Shown here: positions 37,782 through 50,000 of the stretch, in pieces | How positions within the stretch are numbered: the stretch's first letter is position 1 | Layout: each line of letters begins with the position of its first letter | Source of the DNA: Ophelia neglecta | Taxonomy: Eukaryota | NCBI GenBank assembly: GCA_965285935.1 | Contig: OZ260661.1 | Span: 47,244,001-47,308,000 of the forward strand | Reading direction: 5' to 3' | Length of the DNA stretch: 64,000 bases | Translations under genes and position numbers: made by a program | The notes under the pieces: model-generated | The model's input: only the letters and a program-made list of their open reading frames with translations | Database searches by the model: none | What the model was told of the DNA's origin: nothing

Positions 37782-40700
37782 TGTCTCTCGTTGTTGAGGA
37801 TGAACTGCTATTTGGTTTGATGGATGCAAAAATGCAATTTGTTTTATAGCTGGCACCTAGGGCTTCACAATACAACATTATGAGATTATAGCAATGCATA
37901 ATATGGCATTGAATTTATTGGATCTGTAGGAAAAGTTAAATAGGTATATTCTAAGCGAATGATAACTCTTAATTTGCAGATATCAGTAACCATAAATATT
38001 TTCTTGAATACAATATGTTGAAAGATTTACATCCTGTAAAAAGTAATATATTGAAAGTGAATATATGAATATATGACCATACACATGTTGCAAATGCCAC
38101 GTCATGTCATTTCACCCAAGTTGTGCTTTTATATGTCAACTTCCATTTGCATAAAATGGTTGTAATAGAGATTTATTGTTAAATAATGAATGTGTGTGTT
38201 TCGTTTGACAGGAAGTTGTGTTGTGAATGGCAGTCCATTCAGACACTAGTCCCAGGTGTGTTATTTTAGTTTTACTAATAACTTAAATACATCTTTGGTT
38301 ATGTCCATACCTTAATACTGCTATAGACATGCATATAATAGTATAGTTGAGAGCTGTCTGTCATGTGCACCTTATGTTTAAGCTGCCCTTTCTGGTGTAT
38401 GAATCAAGCTTTGTGCGTTAGTCGATTTAATTAAAGTAAGATAAATTACTAAGTCATTAGGTCATTAATAAGAAAATGCTGTGTCTGGCAGCCTCATCAT
38501 TTTTATGTTCCAAATGGCCTAATGACTCTTACATTCTTAATAACAATAGTGAAATTGTATAATCCCGTGGTATTTGTTTAAATATATCCGTGTGACGGCC
38601 ATTTAATTCTGCTTTCACTATAGGTTCTTTGTACCTACTTGGACCCATTCTTTTCATTCTTTTTCATTTTTACCATAGCAGAGAACGGGTGGTCTTGGGA
38701 GGCAATGTAAAGTACTTTCGGGTGTTAAACTTTGTTGCTATGTCTTTTTTACAGAAAAAAAATATGAGCAGATATGTCAATGGTGGCAGCTGAAAAGGTT
38801 GAGGTTTCATCACTAAACGACAAGGGTTGTTTTAAATTACTTCAATAATGGCAGTTGAGGGGCTAAAGGAAATAGTGTTAAAGGTTACAAATATATCTGC
38901 TGTTTATTTACCAGCACTTCAATTTACGTACATTTTCTGGCTTTGACAGTAATGAAAAAAGCTCAATGTAACATTAAATGTGCTAAAAGCTCAATCAACT
39001 TTCTTATTTGCCTATTAACAGATATTTATACACCATATGAAACCAGTTGAAACAATTTTGTGTTTTTCTTCAACCCAGCAATACATGTAAATATGAAAGC
39101 TGTTATAATGTTATAAAGTTTAATTTTAAATAAACTATGTTCGTTTACACTACACTACATTATGTAAACTATGCTATAATTAAAAAGTATTGTAAAATTG
39201 GTTAAAATTGTTTAAACGACCATAATACCCAGAGGTACATGTGCGAAATCCATTTGTCTTTTAGTGTGACAAAATTGAGTTCATGTGATACTAAATTTTG
39301 AATTTTTATGAAGAAGCGTCTTCTTTGAATGCCAGCTTATACAAGTTATTTTGATTAATCTGCTGTTGATTTTCAAATCTTTAGTCCTGTTTTTTTTTAC
39401 TTTTATACATATCCTGCAGAAGATATCATATATATTAATCACATAACTGATTGGTAGAAATAGACAATTTGTGACTAAATTAGCCCTAGCTAGCAGGCAG
39501 TGTAGTTCCCTGGCTATGGAGTGTGCACGTTCATTGAACAGATGGTCATGGATATTATCTGAAATATTACAAAGCCACTTTAATATGTAGCTATATTTTG
39601 GTCAGTTGCTTGTAGTTTATCATCCATTTTTCCATCTGCTATATGCAGTAAAGATCTGGTTCTTGGTGGTGTGGAGAAACCTGGACACCCTTGGTCATTA
39701 GTTAACAGAGAAAGATGGTCCATGTTCTAAAAATGTGAGGGGAAGATTTGATATAATCACTGAAGGCTTGTCTACTTTAATGAACCTGATTGAGACTAGA
39801 ACATGTATTTGACTAAAATGAACAATGGCACAGGAAGCGGCCACCAAACTATGTGGCTGTAGAAAAAATGCCAAGCCTTTATAATATCTTGTAATCTTTG
39901 GAGCATTGATTTATTTAAAAACATGTGTGGATAGTTTATATTGAAACTTGCCACCTTAAATATATGCAAATAATTACATGTAAACATGAAAAAAGCTGCA
40001 AAACTATGTACATGTATAAAACCAAGTGCCGATGATAATTTACATGTTCGTGTACATTTTTGTAAGCCATTTTACTCGTAGATGCCATGAATTTTAAGAC
40101 ACAAATAAATATAAATATCAACCACACACCTATTGTTATTTATTAAGCTCGTTTATAAAATTTGTTACAAAATGGTGTACAAATAAATAAAACCAGGTAT
40201 ATATATTGTGTTCAATGTATTTGGCTATAAAGGTATAGATCTACATAATATAACACAGTTAATGTATATATTACTTTCAATTTCCTACAATCCCACATCT
40301 TTGATTATTGTACAGATGATGATAAAGTAATGGTCAAAATGCTTGCACAGGTATATATCCACGTTTGTACAAAATAAAAAATTTCATGTGGTTTGATTAT
40401 GTGCCAAAAGATTAATAGGCCTGTATACACATGTAAATATGATATTACAGAGTTTAAATTTTGCTACTCAGTGGTTTTTTGTGAAATTCGCAAATTTAAA
40501 CATTTTTACCCATCCAGTATTACAGAGTGCTAATGTTGTTGTTACAATTATTTTTTACATGATATGGTAAGCAAAGTATGAAATGCGATACAGGTATCCA
40601 TACAGGTGTAACAAATTTGTAGACACCTCAACAATGTGGAATCATATGGCAGCAATATCATTTAGAAACCACAAACATTAACATGAACATGATAAATCAA

Positions 40701-41044
40701 CAATACATGTAGGTAAATTAAGAATATGAATAGACCTGAATAATTGCAAAATAATTCTGCAAGGTCCATTATTGTTTAGAATTTTTCCAACCAAGAAAAC
40801 AGTCACAAGAAATCATATTAACTAATAAGAGAAAACAAGTAATATTTTTAATGAAAATGTCCATTCTGTACAGCTATGATACGTGTTCATTATTTGTGTT
40901 GGCCAAGTTAATAAACTTTCAGAAAATTACAGTAGGAGGCATTTGAAATAGTGTAAGTAGGTTGGAAAGTATTCATTTGCACAACCCCAGCCCAAAGATT
41001 ACAGTCTGCTCATTTAATATTGCATTCTATTGGTAAACATTTTT

Positions 41045-44000
41045 CTATGTTGATCTAAAGGTTGAAGGAAAGTTGCCTGCTTTGGCTGTGTCTAATCCAA
41101 ACAACATTCTTAGATCTGCTAAAGTTAGTTTGTTTGCAGATGCACCAGCACCTGTCAGGACATTTTCTGCAAGGGACAGTTTTTTCTTCTGCAACTGAAG
41201 TATTTTCTCCTCCACAGTGTCTTTGCAGATAAATCGGTGAATGAACACATCCCTAACTTGCCCCATTCGGTAGACTCTGTCACAAGCCTGCTGCTCCAGG
41301 GCAGGGTTCCTGTTGAAGGTAAATATATTCATTTTTATTCATATAGAGTTCAAAGCCAGTTTATGAAATACGGGGGGAGATACTACTCATTTACCATAGT
41401 AGTTTACCAGGTTATGGCTTAATGTTTTGGCTGTGATGCTGTATAACCACAATGCTCCAGGTTATTCAGATGTCACACTTTGTCAGGTTTGTAAGTATAA
41501 CAGTTACCGCTGAGCTGTACTAAAGAAGTTGCTCTGAGAGCTTTTATTCATCTGAACAGAAACCTGGTAAAAAATAAAAACCTATTATTATATAAACATT
41601 GCAAATCATTGTTTAAATCAATCACAATATTAGATGTCTGCTATGACAAGGCATGCAAGCCTTTCTATTTATATTGTACATGTCTCAGTACTTCCTGTTA
41701 ATTAACACTTTAATAGCACACTGACCAAAAATAAGTTTATTACTTGAAGCTAATTGCCTATATCTGCTGTTAGTAAGAATCATTCCTATTACATTCCAGT
41801 TGCAGATCAACTTGGAATGAATAATACATAATTACAATATTAATTGTGAAGTTGGATCAATCCTCCATGTCAAACATTGAAGATGGCTTCAGCTCAGCAG
41901 TTTTGGGTGGATTTCACCGAGCAGGATTTGGACCTTCTGCAGACACAGATCTATGATTTTGTGTATTGTGTTGGTGAGGAGAAATATGGTGAAAAATACA
42001 TTATGGGACAATTGGCCAAGAAGAACATATCTGGTCTGGTTAGGGCCATCAGAGATGGCTTGACTGTTGAGTGTCTTGCTGATCTGAATAATTATTTCCT
42101 AAATAAATTTATTCTAGAGGGTTTTGAGTTGTATCAACATAGGATTAACTGGAGTTTTCTTGAAAACCATAACCCTGGGGATCAAGATGAAGACTTCTAC
42201 CAATTTGTTGCAAGAGAATTTGAATTATCAAAGGCAGATACCTGCACAGATGGTCAAAGTCATGCTTTGACTACACCAAGGATAACAATTGACCATCGTT
42301 TTACAAAAAAAGAAAAATCCAAAACACAAATGATGGAGTATTTAGTTGATTTCAGTATGTATCATGATACAGAAGAAATTAAGTTTCAATTGAGAGATTT
42401 CATTACAGCTGTTGGCAAACAAAAATTTACAAATTATCAGTTGAGTTACAACATAGATATACAAATTTATGATCTGATGAATCCCAAGAAATATGCCCAG
42501 GATTCAAAACATGTTATCTTAGGGCCTGAGGAGCTGACCTATCACTTTAAAAATAAGTTTGTTATTGATGCTTTTAAGCATGTTTCTAATGATATTAAAT
42601 GGATGGATGAAGAATTACTTTATGGCCCTCACAACTGTCATATAGACTTTTCAGTGGAAGGAGATGTCGCACAGGAGAAAATGTTCCAGAGCATCCGTGA
42701 CTTTATATATCATGAGCAAAACCATTGGGGACTAAGTCAGCCTCAAATAGATAATGTGTACAAAAATCTTAGCCATGCCATACTATCGAAACTGTACAAC
42801 AAGCATCCTGATTATGTGTTTTCATCCCCAGCAGACCTCAAGACCTGGGTACATCATGATGCTGTACTCAACTCTTTCATCAGATACTTCAGGAAAATAA
42901 GATGGGCCAGTCCAGTGATGAAATTTGTCCGAAATTATGAGGATGCAGGTGAAACACATGTGATACTGGTCAACTTTTATACTGATGATTTAGAGTATCT
43001 CCGAGGGCAACTTGATAGTTTTGCCACACGTGCTGGAAAGCAGTTTTATGACCCTTTATATCTTAGGTCGCCAACAATAGAGGGCCAAATTGATCGGCTC
43101 CTGGACCCAAGATATTATATGCAATCCAGAGAGCATACGATAAGACAACCCAGTGATCTTGCTAGGTTCTTTACTCAAAATTTTATGCAAAAAGCTTTCT
43201 GTTCATACAGGGACTCAATCAATTGGATAGCTGATAAATTTGAACAAGGGGACATGCCATATAAACATTTGCCACCAGATTATTTCCTCAGACCACCAGA
43301 GCCTCCTTTTGAGAGAGTGTCAGACAGATCAGTTCTGGTGAAGAAGGCCTCCTGGTTGGTATCACCGTTTGCTCGTAAACTATTGATGCAAGAGGAATTA
43401 TTTTCATTGATAGATCAAATTTCAGCCATCTCCAGCCCAATACAGCTAATTCCTCCAATATATGCCTTGGAAAACAAAGACCATTGGTCACAAACACTAT
43501 TGGCAGTCAACGTCCAAGGTATCAAACCATACAAAACTCGGGTAGATTTCCCATCTTGGATAAATGACAATATGACTGTGAGTTTTGCAGGGAAGAAAAT
43601 GGGACTTAGAACTTTTCTACATCATCCATCACATTGTAGGTTCAGGCAAACGTATAACGTTAAACAAGATTATCTTACTGCCACCAACACTGTATACTAC
43701 TTAGTAATCTATGTACCAGAGTTTGAGGCCAGGAAAAATATGCCTTTTTATGGCAGAGAACCATCAGCCTACCAAATCTACATAGGAGAGGCGCGTAAAG
43801 GAGTACTTGATAGATGGATCAATCAGCGTTATGCGCACTGCCGTGTGACCAAACGACTGCTTCAACACCATAGTCTGCAGAAAAGTCTTGGAAAAGGATT
43901 CATTGCCTATGAACCAGGTCCCAATGACACCAATGCCCAGCTACCGCAATGTCTTCTGGCCCTAGCCCACGTGAAGTCTTATCCTACAGCATTATTTGTT

Positions 44001-47000
44001 TTGAATTCATGTTATAATGTGGAGCAGATGCACAACGTGGAGCAAGAACTCATAGACCTCCATCATGCTAGAGACATGACCCGAGGACTTAATCAGATAT
44101 AGCTTTAGACTATATTAAATATTACAATACATGTAGTGACAATATGAAGTGTAATGCAGTTACTATAAAAAATGGGTATCCTTTGTAAAAAGTATTGACA
44201 TGCCCTGAAATGTATGATTTGCATGATGCCAAGCCTTGGGTTTTGCCTGCTTTGTCTATAATTGTACTATCAAACAGTTTTGATAGGTTTTTATTAAATA
44301 ACCATCCAATAAGAAATCATATTGTGTTGTTATTATCATAAGATATAATTAAAATTTTGATTACTAGTCAGTCACCATCAATAGTATACCACTGTGTTTA
44401 GGTCTATTGTTTCCATGTGCTTGTGTGTGGTGTTGCCAGCCATTTCTTTTTAGTAGTATTGCATACATTTATGTGTCACTACTCTCCAAGGCTGCCACCT
44501 GTTGAACACACTGACCAACCTGGCTATTTTTGCTGAACAGCGACCTCACACATGGGAAGTGGGGGAATGACACAAAATTAAGTGGACAATGAAATTCAGT
44601 GCAACTTAATGTATTTTCATTATCATCCTGAGAGCCTATTACATTCTTGAATGTATACAGGGGTTGAAAACAGTTGAAAGGGCAGTTTGAGCAGTGGTCA
44701 ATTGATGGTTTAACCTGTGGTTTAAGTTAAACCATGAGATCAGAAATGGTTTAACCACTGAATACATGGATTAACCAACTACATGTACATAATTACAGTT
44801 ATCTGAATAGTCACCAGTGCTTGCAAGCACTAATCATAACAGCATGGAATGTTGTCCTGTGAACTATTCTTGTAAAGGTATACCAAAATACAGGGCTGGT
44901 CTGATTCTGTCTATTTAATAAATTCTTCATGACCGCAACATCTTAGGAACTACATGTTATGTACTATAATTTGCAATAAAAACGTTTCATACCTTAATAA
45001 AATAAAGGCAATAAGAAAAGTGCACGTGTCTCAATGTTTAATAAACATACATATATTAATTGTCATATATGGTAACGTGTTATGTCAAAAGATCGCGTGC
45101 GTCTAAAACTGTGTGGATTATGTCATGTAAAAAAGGCAAGTGTCTGAAATTATTTCCAAGAAAACGCGTTGCTTCCCCATCCCCTCCCTCTTCTGACGTG
45201 CCGCCCCCTTCTCCTAGCAGTTTATGGCATGTTCAGGCCGCCGCGGTCAACCTGTGTGTACAAGTACGCAAAGGGTACAAGTAATGTACATTAGTCGCCG
45301 CGCTGTGACTCAGTCTCACTCCAAGAGTTCTGCAAGCGCTGTACTGTCATTGAGAACAATCTGGGATAGACAGATACAAGTTCTTCTCGAGGACAAATAT
45401 TACATGAAACAGACAAAAAGGTTGGTGTTTTTAGTATTCATCACTTAGTTATGAGGAACTGTTGATAAATGCGACATGATATTGTTCCCTTTTTGTTTGG
45501 AATATCGGAAAAGTTTGTACATGTGTTGAGAAGGCAGGACTTGCTAACACCTGTTTCGGCTGTGTATATAACCCTACAGCGTGTACCGTACAATGTTCAG
45601 ATGCGCTATGCTACGAATACAGGGTGATATCTTTCATTTTGCAAAAATATCAAACTGGCATTGATGATATCTTTAAAAACGGTAATCACTTTTAATCCCA
45701 AATAATATTGCGGAATCAGTCCTGCATGCGCATGCCTCACTAGTTCAGGACAGCGAAAGCCACGATCACAGACAATATAGTACAATACAATACCTATGCC
45801 ACTGTGCCACTGGACACGGTTCATGTCTCTGGGTCATGAGTTGCCGGTAATGTATGTTATCTTGCTGACAACATACATTACCGTAATAAAGTCAGTTGAT
45901 TATTACTCAAAGCCAAGTGCCGCGCCTACTTTGCCGCTTGTCAAGTCAACAGATGAAAGGGGCATGTGCTGCAAGTCAAACAGAGTGAGTGTGGGATTGA
46001 GCCACTGCAATGTAGCTTGTCGTTCAAATATGTTTAATTGCCCCCCACCTTTTAGGGATGTGGCGGAATATATAATGGGCTTCGTCCTCAATAACGAAAG
46101 GCGAGAACTTCAGCCCTATATCAAATCGCAGAGCTTATATTGCATGCATGAGAATATATGGAGATTTTTTTCCAAGTAGTGTTTGGGTCATTACTGCCTA
46201 CACTACTTCAGTTATTAAAAAAATCACAGTTTTTGTATGCTCTGCAGCCTAAAGTATTATAGGGGCAAAGGGAGAAATTGGCAGGGATGAAGCACCTATA
46301 GATGGACATGGGCTGAGGGTAGTTGGGGGAAGAGCTGGGGGGGGGGGCTGTTTTCTTTTTGCAAATATATTTGGGGGGGGGGGTGGATATCTGGCACTTT
46401 TTTCAACAAAATTTGCAGTCTTTCGGAGGGGGGGGGGCCTTGCATTTCCAAACGCCACGTTTGCATTTATTTTCAATATTGGGTGCAACATATTAATTCA
46501 CGCCAGTGGGTGTTAAAAAGTATAGATATGATATAGGGAGGTTGCAATGCACTTTCAATGGTGAAATCTCAGATTTGACTTTTCTTAGGCATTGAAAAGG
46601 GCCACAATTGGGGGGGGGGGGGGAAGGGGTCTGTACAATAGTCTTAGGAGGGGCTTGAGTTGCCTGCCTGCAATTAGTGAACCTGTACATACGGACAAAA
46701 TCATTGGTCAATGGTTGAAAAGAAGCACCCTGTGTCTGAAGGTTCATCTTGGTGTACATGTGTGTTAGAAGATGACCTGCAGCATGTGCCTCATGATGAC
46801 CATGCATATGACAAGGAGAGATCCTTTTGCTGTAGCAGTATTTAATAATCTTATTACATGTGTGTTAAGGCCCCTGCATGTTAAGATGACCATAATGCAA
46901 GAGTCAAAATACATTGCTTTCAATTTAGCCTCTCCAGTGTCTTTTTGGTGGCATATAACTAACAAGTTTATATGAATTCCAAAATATGAATCCTAAAAAC

Positions 47001-50000
47001 AATATTAACCAACTGGATTAGAATTGTTCATCGATTTAGTCACATTATTTGCTAATACTGCATTAATTAGTTATTCACTGTTATTTCTCTCTCTCCAAAA
47101 ATATAATATGATGCATATCTGTGAAATTGGGATGCAGCCTTGCAATCTTGATCTGAATTTTGTTCTAAGCTGAGGACTACTCTTGCATCTGGAAAAATGA
47201 TGTGATCAGATGATACATGAATGTGGTTAGCCCATAAGTGATTGGATGGTTAAACCATCCACAGCCCACTGGTAGCCTGCCACACTAACAGACCAAAATA
47301 GCACACCTGCCCACCATAAAATCATGGACATAAATGCTTTTCACATAGGATGTTCAATGGTAATAGCTGTAATAGGCAAGCCACTGCTTTCATCATGGAC
47401 TATAGGCTTCTTTCATCTGGGAACAGTTCACTGTAATAAAATAATAAAATAAACAGGAGGTATACATGTACCCTGTAGCTACATCTGTATTCCCACCAAT
47501 CTGGGAATGTATCTTTAATTATAACAGCCTAATACAAGGTGAGAGAGGGAGAGAGCCAGAGTGTGTGTGTGAGTGGGGGGGGGGGGGGGAGGAGCATCAT
47601 TATTTAACACAGGCTGGGAAGGGTTATAGATTTGATGATATTTTAATATGTTGTCAATAGGTGTGGTATCTTTCCCAGCATATCAGTTTTGAGTGTTTTG
47701 TGATGCCTTACCTCATCTGATGTCTCTCCATTAGAGATTTTTTGGTATATGTGACCCCCCCCCCTCCCTTTGCCCCTGGTGAATCATTATCCAACCTATC
47801 TAAAGACTAGGTTCATGAGTACCAGTGTGTTAAACTTACAGATATACATGTATAATGGTGTCTTTAACACTTTCCAAACTGACTTCATCTCACTTCCTTT
47901 CACTCGTTACATACATAATGTGGCTAAATTTGAGGTTAATTGGCCAGTCAGTTAAAAGTGGTTTGAGAACAGATAGTCATCAAACCAAGATTGTTGGGTG
48001 CCCTTGTTTAATCATAAATTTTTTAAGACTGATTAGCACTGCATGGGTACTTCTCGATTCAATTCTTCTTTAAATATGTAAAACTGTGTAAACATTTGTT
48101 TTAAACTGTAAAAAACGTTTGTAAGGTACTGTATTCTGACCTAAAACATGTACATGTATAGAATAACTTTGCAATGCAAGCAGTGTTCCATTTGTAAGAC
48201 TATATGTTTTTATCATGGTAGCAAGGAAATATCTTTCAATTTTATTCTGATAATGGGAATCAGCATGCAGTGAATTGCATCAGACTACACCCTTTTAAAA
48301 ATTTTTTTTTTTTTTTGGGGGGGGGGGGGGCAGCCCTTGAAAAAAACATCCCTTAATATTTTCAGAAGTGCTATTTTTCACACACCTGCAGTTTTTAAAT
48401 AACAAGGGCTGTAAAAACTATCTTACTGAAGGAAAAGAAAAACAGACTAGGCTCTATAGTCATAAAATATATGTTTTCAGGTTAATACCATGGGGCTGAA
48501 TTATCTCATAGACTTCACTAAAATGAGCAGCTTGAAAGGACAGCTGATAGAATTTATAGAAGTTGCTGGAGAAAAGCAGTATGGCAGGAAATACCATGGA
48601 ATATCCAGATTGGCTGTGAGGAGTGTGGAATCCCTTGTAGAAGAAATAGAAAAGGATGGCTTGGAAGTGCATGGCATCCCTGACCTGAAAACATTCTTCT
48701 CCCAAATATATATACTTAAGAGATTTTTTGAACTTCAGTCTAAAATCAAGTGGTACCCTAAACGAAGGAATGGGTACTTGGTTGATTTCACCCAATTTTG
48801 GGATTTACTAGAAATAAAGTTAGAATTGACCAGGCTTGTAGAGAGAATCGGGAGGGAGCTTGACCCGGTGGGCTTCAAAGTGCCTGATAATGTTATCAAA
48901 GGAATTGATCAACTCTTGGATCCAAATTTGTATGGGCATACGCATGGACTTCTCATGCGAACACCAAAAGATTTTGATGATTTATTACCCAAATATATAA
49001 TAGAAGGTTTGGAGGAATATGAAAACCAGATAAAGTGGATGGGCCGGGATACCAACCATACCCGAGAAATGTTGGCAATAGAGAAGAAATATCGCATTGA
49101 CTTTACCCTTGTCCACGACCTCGACAATATGCGATTGCAGCTTGATGCATTTCTGTTAATTGCTGGCAAGGAGGAATGTGGCTGTTACTATTTTTTATCA
49201 AATACCATACTGAGAGAAACAGACAAACTATTGGATAAACGATATTATGGCAAAACCTTTGAGCACAACATCACCAGACCAGATGACCTGGATGCATTCT
49301 TCAAGCAAAGATATGCTCGCAGAGCCTTTAGAAAATACATCAATGAGATTAAGTGGGCAAAGCCTCTGGCAAGAGCTAGCAGATATCTACCCTATGAATA
49401 TTTCTACTTCCCTTTAAGTCGTCCACCCATGCCTCGAGTGCCAAGGTTTATCAATCCCATGATACAAAAGGAATCCTGGAAAATGTCGGCACTGGAGCGG
49501 AAAAAGGTTCTTCAGGAGGAGTTGTACTATCACGTCAGAAACATTCCATTTGCCATCAGGTCTCCAATACAGGCTTTGCCTCCGGTATATGCCAGGAAGC
49601 AAATCTCAGATACTGGGGACTCTTGGTGGTCTTCACAGTGCTGCTATGACTCCAGCATCAGCAGGTTTACCATGATATCAACTGACCACCAGTTCCCTAG
49701 TTGGCTTAGTGATAAGTGGAAGAGCATTGAATATAGGGGTTTGGAGATGGGCCACAGGAGTTTCCTACATCATGCTATCCACTCCACATTTCCCAAGCCC
49801 AGCCACCTGGAATACAAGTTCACCGTCTATTGCCTAGTAGTGTACGTGACTGATTTTGAGAGGTATCAGTTGGTCAATTATTGTGCCCCTGGGGATGGAA
49901 GCTCTGGTCCCAGTCCATATCAGGTATACATCGGGAGGGCCAAGAATGGCCTCATGGACAGGTGGTATGATCAGCCGTACAGCCACACCAGGGTAACCAA

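Noticed and set aside
45796-46179. 127-aa ORF between the two nested genes as a third component
   Set aside because: No recognisable motif, no similarity to the paralogs, and a length compatible with chance in a locally GC-richer stretch.
46249-46807. Proline-rich ORFs and G-runs as coding sequence or a special G-quadruplex system
   Set aside because: Poly-G/C runs occur throughout the window in decayed repeat fragments, and the Pro-rich translations are artefacts of them.
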